The notes: generated from the letters alone by a model not told the origin. Positions 1 to 12,961 are shown, counted from the first letter of the stretch. The stretch is DNA of 64,000 nt from Plasmodiophora brassicae (GCA_036867785.1 CP145411.1:1612001-1676000), one strand, 5' to 3'. Made by a program: numbers and translations.

Positions 1-3000
1 CGAGTACTTCTACCGTCAGGTAGAACAAGAGGTTCTGAAGGAAGTGCATCATGCGCTGGCGAAGCACTAGGGACCTGGAGAACGTTGACGATAGGTCGAG
101 TTCTCGCATTCTAAAACAGCGGTCAGAAGCCGGACGCGTTCAGCAACAACAACCACTGAACCTTTGCTGGTAGCGCCAAGTAATCCCGATCTGACGCTCG
201 ACATGTTTGATGAAGAAGATGTGTCTGAATAACAACTCGTACTTGGTCATCGCCTTTTTCGACAATACGATCGAGATGGGCCACTGCACAGCATATTCCA
301 GCGTAAACGCCTCGATACCAGTAAGCGGCGACCCGGTCGGGCGATGAAGTGTCTCAGACGAGTGCATCGTTCGAGAATACGCGTCATTAGCAACATTGTG
401 GATCACATTCCTAAACGATAACGCAGGTTGGCTCATCTTCAACAGAAACGCAAGCAGGACACTCATACAGCTTCTCCAATAGTGCATGCTGCTCTAGACG
501 ACAAGAGATCTCATCGTGACCAAAGTCATCGCCTGCCGTTGAGAGTGACAGCTCCAGCAATGACTGCAGACGAGCAAGTCTCTGAGCAGAGACGGGCCGG
601 CTCAAATCTTCCTCCGCCGAATCTAAAAAGTGGACAAAGAAATCGCCCTGACCATGCAGGAAATACCGTTTGAGGCATCTGATCGATTCTTAATCAGAAA
701 AGACAGGTCGAACACGTCGGATGAAAAAATGACCTCAAGCGCGGCAACAAGTTGTTCTGCTGCAACAGCACGTCCAGCAATGCAGAGCTCGCGTAGCCAA
801 ATGCAGCATCGATGATGCTTCCATTACTAATAGAGCGACAAAGTCAGACCTGGGCTGGGCGGTGATTAACTGACGTATACAGAGCGGCGTCGAAGCCGAA
901 GGACTGGTCGGCATCTTGTGACGAATCCCGACCAGCTTGCCCAAAGGAGCACTGCCGAAGCACGTTGAGGTATTTTCCCGTCAGTAGGATCTTGTTGGAG
1001 AACTGCTGGAGAAACGCTGGCACATGCTCGTTTCTCACAACGTATCGTTCGTCCTAGCAGACGCAGCCGAGTAAGTAGCTGGCCTGACTGGACTGCTGGC
1101 ATGGCGCCTTACCCAGTACGAGTCATTGAAGTCACGCTCGAGGTTATCCCGTGTTATGTCATCACGAACCTACAAAAACTATCAGATCTGAGCCCATAGC
1201 ACCATTACGTAGCCGAACCCGTATTTGGAATTCATCGTATGGATCCTGGACAATTCCAAACTCGATCCATTTCCGTAACAGGACGAAATAGGGCTCCGAA
1301 CAGTCTTTCAGGATTTGAAAGTACAGGGCACGCGAATTCTCATCACTACCAGAAATCGTAAGAAACGCATCCAGTCAATTTGAGCTAGATGCCATCTTTA
1401 CCCCTCTTTGCAGTACAGGTCGTAGAGTACTTGGATTAGCGAACCTCCGCAAGCACCGGCGGCTGCACTAACAAGAACATGCAATGCCGATATCGTTGCA
1501 ATAGAAGGCTGGAGCTGGAACCACAGCTGCTGGAGGGACAGGTCAGGAGAATCCAGCTGGGCGATCTTGACAACGTACATCTGTCCCGACACATAAGTGG
1601 ACGATCGGCCACATCCATCAACGGGAATTCAACCAACCTCAAGAACCGCCTCCATCGCGCCAGCAAGTGCCTGGCTGACAAGGCCATACTCGTATCGGGA
1701 GCGCAACTGCCAATAGCGCCGTACTGTGAGACAGGTCGAGTATAACTAGCCCGCCTGGAAGCAAACCTTTACGAAGTGCACGATTTCCAGATACTGGTTG
1801 CACACAGGGAAGCATCGCTCGACTTGGAACTGCATCGTAACGCAAACTTGCGTAGCAGAAAGTTTGAACCCAAGGTTCGGCGAGGACGATAAGCCGACCC
1901 ATTCTGATTCGAGGCCGAGTAATGCCGTAAGAAGCGCCCTGCAAAGAAGACGCTCCTAGCAAAAGTCAAGAACCTGCTGACCAGCCCGTGCATTATTAGT
2001 CATACCTGTCGCTCTTTAGGAAGTTTGGCGAACGAAGGAGCTTTACCAACACGTCTCGCGCTTCGAGATTCCCGCAGCCACGAGGGGGAATACGGCACTG
2101 ACGCCTTTTGGACGCTCCAAGTGGACGCAGCGGAAACGTCGGACATGCTCGAATGCAGAGTATCAGCTGAAAAGTACACCGTTAACGCAGACTACAGAGA
2201 TGCCAGCGTGAGCGGTACATCGATCACAAGACAGCAATGTTGCAAAGCACGATTTGAGGACAACGCGGTCTCCACTTCTGACTGAACTTGTTGAATCTGG
2301 ATTTGATTCGGCTAATTGTGCTATGAGCATGTCTCGTGCAGATAATCATTTGCGACACAAGTACCATTCACAACCGTCCATCTTGATCTCGAGTCATTGG
2401 GAGATCGGGAGCATTCAACACGTCCCTCACTGGTTGCACTCAGATAGACAGCCTCGGCACCTGACCGAAGTGACAGCACGACATTCTGGAAATAACAAGC
2501 CAACGATCATCACATGGTAACGCAAATGTGTCATCAGACGTCAAGTACGTCACCAAACAGGAGCGGGCCGCGATCTCTCCAGCTTGTACAGTTCGTGATA
2601 CAAACCGGAAATGCGACAGGCCACGAAGACCGGACCTCGCCGTCTTCGTCGAATGCCACTGCCAGTTTGAAATGTCATTCGAAAGTGCCTGGAATCACAC
2701 ACTGCAACTTGTGCTGACCGTATTTGCCAGCTTGGGAACGGAGCGCAATCATATCGCCGAAATTGATTCGCAGAACAGAAGGGATGTCTGGGAGATCACG
2801 ATGGTGGGTTTGCCCATTCTTTGATTGCTGACGATGGACATACCTGTTTTTCTTGCCTCCTTGCGGCCGCCAATAGCATCCAGGGCTGCTAGAGACTTTG
2901 GAGACAACAACGGGGTCGACGACTTGGTTTTACAAACTGCATAGCTAATCAGCAAGACCTGGATGTGTTACACATCATATTATCACCTGGCTTCCTGGGA

Positions 3001-3570
3001 GGTGACAAAGGAAGACCTTCCAGTAAAGAGGTCGTGTCAATCGTAGTTGACATGGACGACGTAACGGTCGGCGACTTTTCTCGAGTCCCCATGGTCGAAT
3101 TCAGACTGCCAGGAGGGGCCGTTGGTAATGATGACGACGGCGGTGAATCCCGCGGGAGCGATACAAGATCCCTGTTACTACACATGAGAAACACGATGGA
3201 CGCGCGAGAAATCAGGCATACCTGACAGCGCCATCGTCGAGGATGTGCCAGAGAACGTACATGAACCTGGCGCAGTCCACCGGGCTGGAAGCAGTCACGT
3301 TACATCGGCCGACGAAACCACGCCAGACGAGGTGTCCACCAACCAATTCCGCATGTCGTTGAGACGAGCCAGGGTCCGATTGAACAGGTCGACGTCGGCG
3401 CATCGCCCCGGCAATCGCCGCGCCGCCTTCCTCACGTTGTACTCGTCGACTTTGCTCAGCGACGTCGCCATCTTGATCGTGCCCGCCAGCGACGCCGCCG
3501 CGCTCGGGTCCCCGCCCATCTCGACGGCGATCTCCCGGGTCAGCTGCGCGATCTCATCCGACGCCGCCAT
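1..3570 (-). CDS. TUBGCP2: Gamma-tubulin complex component 2 (GCP2/Spc97 family), multi-exon, 3' end beyond the window start
   Basis: GRIP-domain motifs in exons: GIEAFTLEYAVQWPISIVLSKKAMTKYELLFRHIFFIKHVERQ, KILLTGKYLNVLRQC, LSLQQLWFQLQP, QERLLCRALLTALLGLESEWV. Probable ATG at 3570 (MAASDEIAQL); linking the 5' exons to the rest is my manual splicing. Confidence 0.85.
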
Positions 3571-3752
3571 TGGGACCGTCGCAGACGACCAAGGCCGTGG
3601 AACCCCCCCAATGGCAATGCACGACTTTGGCGGCGCCGCCGTCAAAATTTTTCGTGTTACGCGACGATGTGCAGCTCTGACTGGGACTGCAGTGTCCCGG
3701 GAGTGGATGTGTGGCAAGCGGTTCATTTTCGAATTTGGGTGGGCGGTGAGGG

Positions 3753-6700
3753 ATGTCGGCGTCGGGGAACGTGTTCCATGATTTCATCGATGAGGTGTAC
3801 GGCGCACGCGACGTGTGCATCGATGCTGGCCCATCAAGGAGCCGGAATTCGGGTGGATCGCCGGCGCTGAGGCAGATTTCTGATCTGGCGCCTGACCATC
3901 AAGGGTTCTTCGCCGGATACAAGGAGTTCAATCGCGTGCAGACAGCCGTGTTTGATGCGGTGTACCTGTCGGATCAGAATGTTGTGGTGTCGGCGCCCAC
4001 AGCGTCAGGCAAGACGACGATATTCGAGCTCGCGATCCTAAGGCTATTCAAGCATCGATCTAGGCAGAACGTTACTAGGAAACCGCGTCGCGCTGATGTC
4101 AAGGCTGTTTACATCGCACCTTTGAAAGCGATATGTTCCGAGAAGCTCACGGAATGGAGACCGAAATTTGCCCAGTTAGGGCTTGATTGTGTCGATTATA
4201 CGGGCGATTCCGAGACAAATATCTACAACCTCGCTACTTCCGATATAATGTTAAGTTCCTGCTTGACTTCTTTCGCAATGCTGACTGCATTGCCTTAGCA
4301 TTACGACACCTGAAAAGCTGGATGTGTCTTCGAGGAAGTGGCAAGAATATAAATTCGTTTTCGATCAAATCGGACTCGTTCTCATCGATGAATTGCACGC
4401 CATTGATGAAGAACGCAGTCGGGGAGTGTGCCTTGAAGCTCTTATTACACGGTCAGACCTCTAGATGTTTATTCATCAGGATTCTCATGAGACGTGTGGT
4501 TAGCTTCTTGACTATCAGTACACGGAAGACAAGTATGAAAGAAGAATGCCCCGCGTCTTCGATACGAGTGATTGCCCTTTCTGCAACGGTGAGCTTATTC
4601 GTGTCTCGCGTCACGATTTCATTGAATGAAAGTAGGCACCGAACATCGAAGAACTTGGAGAATGGCTCAATGCTGCCGTGTTTAAGTTTGGCGATGAGTT
4701 TCGTCCGGTCCCCTTGAAACTTTTCACGATCGGCAATCCGATGGGCAGAAAGTTCTACGCTTGGGACACTCTAGCGAACGAAAAAGTCAGGCTTCGTCGT
4801 GAATCTTCTACGCCGGATCTGAACGTGTTTCAGGTCTTGGACGTTATACGCGAGTATAATCCACAAGGACGTCCTACACTGATATTCTGCTCCAGCAGGA
4901 GCGGGTGCTTTCAGTGCGCCAAGAAAGTTCTTCAGTGCGCTACTGAGAAGCGATATAGACTTCTGACCAGTAGTGTGGACAAGGGTGTTCTGGCGGAATA
5001 TGCTAGAAAGCTGAATGGTACGATCACCAGAAGGTTGCAAAATTGCCTGACTTGTTACTCTTTTATCTGCAGATAACCGCCTTGCTCCTGTATTCGCCGA
5101 GGGCATAGGAACGTACCATGCCGGGCTGACTCAACATGACAAACAAATAATGACATCGACCTTCCTGGCTGGCCGCTTGAAAGTCCTATGTTCGACAACA
5201 TCCCTTGCGATGGGTGTCAATGTAATTCACGTGTAAACCCTTTGAAGCGTAATGCCAATCAGTATTGAATTTGTATGCAGCTTCCTGCACATCTAGTTCT
5301 CGTCAAAGGGACACAAACGTACGATCCCACCCGTCATGCATGCGTTGAACAACCGGCCTCTACAATTCTGCAAATGTGATGAATCGCACTGTCGGGTCAC
5401 TGAACCGGATACTCACAATACGCAGGATCGGTCGTGCTGGTCGTCCTCAGTTTGACAGTTTCGGAGTCGCAGTGGTAATGACAACTAAGAACATGGTGGG
5501 GGTGTACAGCAAGATTCTGCATGGTCAGAAAGCTATTGATTCGCGTTTGTTCGCGGGCAACCCTGTCGAGCATATCAATGCTGAAATTTCTATGAGTACG
5601 TGTCCCGGCTAGGATTACATGATTTCGTGCTTTCAAACCTTTGTACCAAGGAACGATAACCACGATCGGCGAAGCCGTCGTATGGTTGCGGCACACTTTT
5701 GGAGCTGTACGCATGCGCAAGCACCCAGTCCAGTTCGGAGAGCCTCCAGCTTGCGTGACTGATCCCGTTGCATTTCAACGGGTCCGACATGACTTCATTA
5801 GCGCTCTGCACTTGCAGGCAACAGCGGCTAACGAGCTTGTCCAGGCTTTGGAATCTAGAGTTAATCACAATGTAACGTTGTTGGCTGAAGCTGGAATGGT
5901 GAACGTGATGGCAAATACGACGGGCCTGATGCCGACAAAGCTGGGGAATATTATGGTCTGCGCAATTGAATTTACGAAAAACACATCCTCAGTTGCCATT
6001 CGACATAGGCTCGGTATTATTTGCAGCTGGAAACTGCTAAGGCGCTCACGTCCATCCGTGGCGATATCGACCTGGGGGGCATGCTAAGAGCCATATGTAC
6101 AAGTGCCGAATTCTCGGATCTTCGTATTAGACTGGGGGAGAAGAAAGGTACATGATGGGTGACGGTGCCCCCATCACTGAGGGCTGATAACGGCGTGCAG
6201 TACTGAATGCCGCTAACAAACCTGAAACGATTCGGTACCCCTTCAAAGACAAAGTTAAGACTCTAGTAAGCATGAACCAATGGAGAAGGTTAACGATAAG
6301 TTCTGAATATATACGGGATCGTCAGGAGGATAAAATATTTGTCATAATTCAAGTCGGGCTCCAGAAAGGTCCAACAACTTCTCCGTTTGAGAGCTTCCAG
6401 CTCGACAAAGATACCGCCTCCGCAATCGACATTGGCTGTCGAATTCTGGTACTAAAGGCACAACTCAAGTCTTCGGTTTAACGTCATGCTGTTTAGAGCG
6501 CCGTTGAGGAATATTACCGGGAATGCAATGACCAGTTCTCAGCGTATTCTAATGCCATCAGATTGTTGGTACGCTTCATATCCTGGAAGTTTGAAACTCA
6601 CGGGGGACTTCCGCAGGAAGAAATCGCTTAGCTTGCGAATGTGGCCAGACAGTCAGCACATGCTCCGGCAGATTGACGGAATCGGGCCCAAAAAAGTTGA

Positions 6701-8308
6701 CCAGCTGAAGAACGCAGGCATACAGTCAATTGGCAATCTGAGAGAGGCGTCAACCACCAAAATTGAAGCAGTAGCCCCAAGTATAGCTACGTTATAGCTA
6801 TGCTTCTGATCCTAATTCGTTAGGTATGTGATCGTCATCCACCGTTCGGCTTGCAGGTTAAACAGAGGCTCGCGTTGTTTCCTGCTTTGGAACTTAGAAT
6901 CGAGGTAGCACCCGAATATTTTAGTTAATCTAAAGTGACTCTAACGAGGCGAATGCAGGCCGATAACACTTCGATTGACTGGACCCGCCCGGTACACGTT
7001 CGGCTTGCTGTTGCCCAACAAAACCCAGAATTTAGACCCAAATCGGAGACTTCCGTCTACGTCATTGTTGGCCTCTCTGATCAGACTGTTGTCTTATCGC
7101 GGAGGATCAAGTCTGTGACTTTGTAAACATCGAGGAAATCGGTCAGTCTGACGTTGTTCTTTAGTCTTGCTGCTGGTGCCAGCGAGATGAAATTCGACAT
7201 AACAAGTTTGTATTCAAATTTCCGCAAGTTTGCTAATGAGCTGGCTGACATTCCAAATAGTCCCAATGCGATGTCAAAATTTGCACTTGCATTGCTTCGC
7301 GATCCATGCTTCCCTGGCCGGCATCGACGTTGAGCATGTTCATTATTTTTCTAACATCGACCATCAACGCGACAACGAGAATCTACAAACCGGACCGCAA
7401 GCCGGTTCCAAGCGTACACTGAAGTGCGGGTTCCCCAGCTGTCAAGGTTGCTCAATAATTGTTAGGAGAGAAACGAAAAGCCGCCTGTCCCACTGAGTCA
7501 CAAAGAACAGTAAGGCAGCACTGCGTCAAGATGAAAAACCTATTCTGACCATTCCCTGAAGTTTATGAAAACCCGGTTGTCTCAATGTGGAGCCGCGCCG
7601 AAACGGATTCGCGGCCCTCAGCCTGCGGCTTCTGCATTCGTCAGTGCTGCATTTGACAGATTGTCAGGCCAGGGATCCAACTGTCCAACAGTGCCAGATG
7701 GCAACAAATCTGCAGGCGCACATCAGGTTCGAATCTTTCTCGGCCGACAATTGCGTTGAGTTCCAAATTATCATGGCAGGCCGTTCCAACTCAACTCCTT
7801 GGACGCACGGCTCCCTCGCCGTCGACGCCAATATCCAATACGGTAGGCGCTTCCGGCTCCTGTTACACGCTTGCCCCTGATCTATGAAACATAGACCAAT
7901 GCAGCACGCTCTGCGATCAACGTGAATCTAGGGCATATAAACCCAGGTTCCAGCACCAGTGCAGGCGTTGCAAGCACGTGCCAAACTTCATCAGGAGCGG
8001 CGCTCGTAAGCAAGATGCCCCCGCCCCATGTTTCCGCACCATCAGCGAGGTTTTCAACAACTCCTCAACCACGTGCATTAGAATCGAACATTGGATACGT
8101 CAAGCCGAACCTGGGCCTTGGTGTCAACCTCCACCCTTTACCGCCCGCATGTTTTCATCAGCCTCCTGATCAATCGTCGTGCACGTTTGCCCAAACAGGC
8201 CAGCGTCTGTCTGATTCCACCGCTGTCCAGCCCCCTTCCATATTGGCCTTTCGTGACAATGACTTCTGTGACGCTGCTCTGCTGACTTTTACCGATCTAT
8301 TCTCATAA
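3753..8308 (+). CDS. HFM1: Meiotic Ski2-like DNA helicase MER3/HFM1, many introns
   Basis: FNRVQ, SAPTASGKTTIFELAILRL, AVYIAPLKAICSEK, DELH, FGDEFRPVPL, TLIFCSSR, GRAGRPQFD, EHINAEI, and a Sec63/HhH region (LRQIDGIGPK). The 3' exons are low complexity and uncertain. Confidence 0.88.
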
Positions 8309-8382
8309 CCTGAGCACTCTGCTGGCCATTCCCGTAAAATATTAATCGTTGTCCAGAGAATTTATTGAGCACCCTGGCATGA

Positions 8383-10812
8383 TCACCAGTAATCACCACA
8401 AGTGCACGCGCCATCGCGGAAGTGGTGGTGTCGATGGGCATCTCGAATGTAGATTTCGCGTTTGTACAGAGCGGAGGCTCTCTTGGCGGCTTCGTGGCAG
8501 TCGATGCAAATCGGCACATTCTTCACGGCGCGAATAGGCTCACTTTCCGGTAGGTAAATCAGAGCGCACACAATTGCAATCTTCTCACTGTGTACTGACA
8601 CCGACCGACGCGCATCGTCCTCCGATTCAGTCTGTTTCATGACAACCGTAACGTCAGGCGTGTACCCACTCTCGGCTAGGCGTTCCATGAGTTCCGTATG
8701 CTTGCATGAGAATTCGTACTCTTTGAGCAGTGGATCATCGGTGACGAACTCCAGCGATCGTGCGTTCGGTATCTGCAACCAAGTCCTTCCCGGGACCTTG
8801 CCCACGAGATACTGTGTCTTCATCCGTGTTCGAAGGTATGCGAGGTCGTAATACTGCTGGCATCTCGCGAACGTGTTCGCCAGTAGCATCCATCCGATTG
8901 CCAGGTCCTTTGGGGTCCACGCTGGAATAGTCAGCATGTGCTCGAACACACGTTTGCCTCGCGCGGTATCGTTCCACCATCGACATGCGGCCAGAAGCGT
9001 CGTCCAGCATGCGATATCGGATCCGGGCGACCCTCTGGCGATCCTTTCAGCAATGTCGAGGTTCCCAGCCCGACCGTGAAGATCAATAAGGCAGTTCAGC
9101 GACCGAGATGACAAGGTTGACGTCTTAGGATCTCCAGCGAACTCAGCAACGATCACAGTGGCACGGTCCAGGTCCCCAACATGGCTGCACCCAACGAGCA
9201 ACGAGGCTAACGTGTCCGGATTCGGGTTTACAGCGGCAGCTTTCATGGTCTCGAATGTCGCCAATGCCAGGTCCAACTTGGCATGGTGCCCGTAGGCGGC
9301 GATTATCGCGTTGTATGAGCTCGCGCCCGCCTCCGCAGCCTGGAACACATTCATGGCGAGATCGAGATGGCTGCTGCAAGAATACCCGGAGATGAACGCG
9401 CTAACGACAAGGTCGCTGTCCAAGAACCCCTTGCTGCGAGCAAAGTCCTGCAAGGTAACCAGGCCAGCCACGTCGCCAATGTGCCCGCAGGCGTTGACGA
9501 ACTTTGCTAGTAGGGGGCGATCGACCGGGACCTTATCACTGCACATTTGCTCGAACAGCCGCATGGGACGGGACAGCTTGTCGTTCTCATACAGCAGCGA
9601 GACCAAGGTGCTGAACGTGGTGAGGGACAACGGCAATTTCAGACTTCTCAACTGGACGAACATGGCAATGGCCCCACGAACGAGGCCACGATGGCCAAGG
9701 GCGGCAATGAATGCAGCGTAAACGGACTCGCTAAGCGGGCCTTCCTTGCTTCGAGCCTGAAAGACCACCTCTGTACTTTCGAGGTCCTTGCAGCGGTCGT
9801 AAGACGATATCAGTGCACACACGACGTCGTCGTGTTTCAACCAGGCCTGGCTGCATGCGTATTGGTGCAACTCACGTAACGCAGGGAGCCAGGATCTGCA
9901 GGTCCCACAGGCGGTTACAAGTTCTACGAAGGCGATGGTGCTGATTTCGGCAGCACGGTCCTCGAGAATCCGGAATACGGTCATCGCCTCGTCGATGTGT
10001 CCGTGTCGGGCCAGCTCAGTCAGGATAAGAGTCGACAACGAAGCGGTCGGATTCAGGCCCACCGACGTCAAGACTTGTACGATGCTCACAGCAAGCTCGA
10101 ACCTGCACTGGGAGAGAAGCGTACGCGTAAGGTTCAGGTACGTTGGAATATCGCGGCACGCAGGGTAGCGTTGTGATAACAGGCCATCCAGCAGTTGCTC
10201 GGCGAGATCCGCTGCTTGCGCATTACGAGCATCGGAGCAGCATTGAGCTGACAGTTCCATGAGCTTCGACGTGAACTCCGCGTTGTTCGTGATGGCGTCT
10301 GCAATGAGGGGTAATGCTAGATCCGGCTGATTGCTGAGCAAGCAGAGTTCGAGCATGCTGATCATGACGTCCATGGAGCGTGGAGCGTACTTCGTGTATC
10401 GGTCAACCGCAACCTGGGCAAGCGGTGGTACTGCGCTTCGGCATGCTTGGATGAACAGCGCGAACAGCGAATCGGAAATGACCAGACTGCGCGCTGCGAT
10501 CGTGTCCAACACAAGTGGGGCCTTCGCTGGCGCATTCGACTTGCAGAACGACATTATCGAAAGAAAGAAATCAATATCGGTCGGCAGTCCATCGCCGACA
10601 ACTCGCTCGTAGACCGCCCAGACGCGGTCTACGTCCCGCTCCTTCTCGAACACGGCGCACGCTAACGCCGCAGACGGCTTCTTCAGGAACGCATTGAACG
10701 CCGGCGAAGCAAGCGGCGATGGTGCTGGCGGATGCGAACAAAGCGATCGGCGAACGTGTCGCAAGACCGGTACCCGAAGCGCCCGTAATGCGTTGCGAAA
10801 CGACGAAGCCAT
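8383..10812 (-). CDS. PPR protein with E and DYW cytidine deaminase domains (candidate organellar RNA-editing factor), intronless, 809 aa
   Basis: PPR repeats (SYNAIIAAYGHH, VSAFISGYS, LIDLHGRAG), E motif CWTTLLAAC, PG box KVPGRTWLQI, GYTPD, HSEKIAI, CIDCH, C-terminal RDAHRHHHFRDGACTCGDYW. The N-terminus is Arg/Leu/Ser-rich and lacks acidic residues, like a mitochondrial presequence. Confidence 0.95.
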   Translation of the reverse strand: MASSFRNALRALRVPVLRHVRRSLCSHPPAPSPLASPAFNAFLKKPSAALACAVFEKERDVDRVWAVYERVVGDGLPTDIDFFLSIMSFCKSNAPAKAPLVLDTIAARSLVISDSLFALFIQACRSAVPPLAQVAVDRYTKYAPRSMDVMISMLELCLLSNQPDLALPLIADAITNNAEFTSKLMELSAQCCSDARNAQAADLAEQLLDGLLSQRYPACRDIPTYLNLTRTLLSQCRFELAVSIVQVLTSVGLNPTASLSTLILTELARHGHIDEAMTVFRILEDRAAEISTIAFVELVTACGTCRSWLPALRELHQYACSQAWLKHDDVVCALISSYDRCKDLESTEVVFQARSKEGPLSESVYAAFIAALGHRGLVRGAIAMFVQLRSLKLPLSLTTFSTLVSLLYENDKLSRPMRLFEQMCSDKVPVDRPLLAKFVNACGHIGDVAGLVTLQDFARSKGFLDSDLVVSAFISGYSCSSHLDLAMNVFQAAEAGASSYNAIIAAYGHHAKLDLALATFETMKAAAVNPNPDTLASLLVGCSHVGDLDRATVIVAEFAGDPKTSTLSSRSLNCLIDLHGRAGNLDIAERIARGSPGSDIACWTTLLAACRWWNDTARGKRVFEHMLTIPAWTPKDLAIGWMLLANTFARCQQYYDLAYLRTRMKTQYLVGKVPGRTWLQIPNARSLEFVTDDPLLKEYEFSCKHTELMERLAESGYTPDVTVVMKQTESEDDARRSVSVHSEKIAIVCALIYLPESEPIRAVKNVPICIDCHEAAKRASALYKREIYIRDAHRHHHFRDGACTCGDYW

Positions 10813-10986
10813 GCAGTGACCCCAGCTCCCCGACGCAACTCCGCGGCTGCATCAGGTCCACCTGTTGAACGTCGTCAAGGTCGCGCGTTCGACTCCGGCC
10901 TGTCGCCGGGCGCTCATTTTCCGCAGGCGATTGGCGCGCTTCATCAGTCAGTCCTCGGCTGCTGCAAAATCCGAGACGGGATCGGC

Positions 10987-12940
10987 ATGGCGCTGAAGAA
11001 GGCGAGGAAGATGGTGGTTGACGACGACGACGACGACGATGTCATCGTGTCGTCGCCCAAGACGACGACAAAGAAGCGGTCGTTGCCGTCGTATGACCAG
11101 GTTGGCTGTTGCGGCTGGTTGGCATGCGATCCGGGATGCTGATGTGGGACCTTTGACGGCTCAGAAACCGGCCAAGAAGAAACCGGTGAAAGATGATTTT
11201 ATCGACGACGAGGATGAGGATGAACAGGTTTCATGTCTGACATGTCAAAGTTTGATGGAATGACATGCTGTCTTCCAGAAACCGGCGAAGAAGAGGGCCA
11301 CGCCGAAGAAGGCAACGACTCCGAAGAAGGCGACGACGCCGAAGAAAAAGGCGAGTGCCGCCAAACTGGAAGTCGATGTGGTACGATGCTTTGGACGACG
11401 CATTAGTCTCTGCCAATATGTATGAAATTGGGCATAGGATTTCGAACCATCTGACGTCAACCACAATGAAATCTTCACTGAACCGCTGACGAAGCTCGCC
11501 GAGGAGGAATTCGTACGGTTGCCTGACAGGCTGCTTGAGACACAAGTGACGTTGTGGGATTTAGGCGATGGGCAACAAGTTCAAGGGGGCCATGATTCGC
11601 AAAGCTGTACAGTCCTTGAAGGTCTTCCCGCGTCGAGTGTCGTCGGGCGAGGAGGCCATGAAGCTCAAAGGCGTTGGTAAATCTATTGCAAAGAAAATCG
11701 ACGATATCATCGAGACAGGAGCCATGCAACGGTATTTACGTAGTCACTGATGTATTCGTCGATGCCTAAAAATGTTCCCTGAGGTCCGAGCATGCACCTG
11801 ATGAGGTAATTCAAAAGGCGGCGGACGAGATCCACACAGTGTTCGGTATCAACAAAACCAAAGCTTGGAAGCTCGCACGCGATCACGTATTCCATATCAT
11901 GTGGATGGCAGTGCTTCTAGTTAACGCTACCTTCTGCACAGAACGTCCGCCATGTTCAAGACTTGTTTAACCATCAGGACGTCCTGGAACAGCCAGCGAA
12001 AATCGGTTTACAATTGCACTACCTAGCTGATGTACTGTAAGGCTGATCCACTTTGTACAGGTCTGAAATACTTTAAGGAGTTTCAAGGTTCGTGACGATC
12101 TTCGATCTCCAGCGGCATCCCGACTGATTTTGTCATAGAGCCGATTTCCAGTGCCGACGCCGAAGCTGCCGTTAAGTTGATCGAAAACACTGCCCAAGAG
12201 GTCCACTTGCTTCCCTCGTGAGGGTTTTCGTTACTTACGCTCCGCTCCAGATCGACGACGCCATCGTCGTACGTGAATGTGGAGAATTTGGCCGTGGCAC
12301 GGGACCGCCCATCGACGAGTTGCACGTTCTTGTTGGGCACGCGTCTAAACAGCAATTCTCGACGCTAATGGACGCACTTCGTTCCTCTGGGTTCATCACC
12401 GATGACATCCAGTCCACCGCCGCCCCGTCGTTGCATGCCGTCTGCAAGCTCCCAGAAGCACCTGAACCAGTTCGCCATGACCACGTTGCAGAACCAGAGA
12501 CAGCTCCTGCCCTTGCGCCTAAGACGTTCTCCATTCCGAAGCTCTCTGCGCTCCCAAAGGCAAGCACGGGAGTGCCGAACCTCTTCGCGACTCGTGGGAT
12601 GTCTGAACCCGCTTCAACGACAGCAGCGCCAATGACTGCCTCGGGCGCTGAATCGTCTTCCAATACCCCGGCAGGGCAGCGTCGCCACTTCCGAGTTGAG
12701 TTCAAGACCTGCACGCTGGCGTCTCTTCCTGTGCACGTGACGTTCCTGATGGGGCCGCCGTCCTACTTCAAGGCTCTCCAGACGAGGGCTGAAGAGCACG
12801 GATACGTCCTGACGGAGCGATCCCTGCGTCGTGCCAACGAAGACGAGTCGTCAACGAAAGCACACGTGGTCATCGACTCCGAACAAGCACTCTTCGACAC
12901 GATCGGTGTCGAATGGGTCCCGTACTCGCAACGCTCGTGA
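10987..12940 (+). CDS. X-family DNA polymerase-like protein (Pol beta/lambda fold) with altered catalytic residues, multi-exon
   Basis: 8-kDa lyase/HhH domain (RKAVQSLKVFPRRVSSGEEAMKLKGVGKSIAKKIDDIIETG), palm (CGEFGRG...LHVLVGH), thumb (GYVLTERSL...SEQALFDTIGVEWVPYSQR). N-terminal KKATPKK repeats. Confidence 0.8.
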
Positions 12941-12961
12941 CCGGTCTCAGTACATCCCTCG

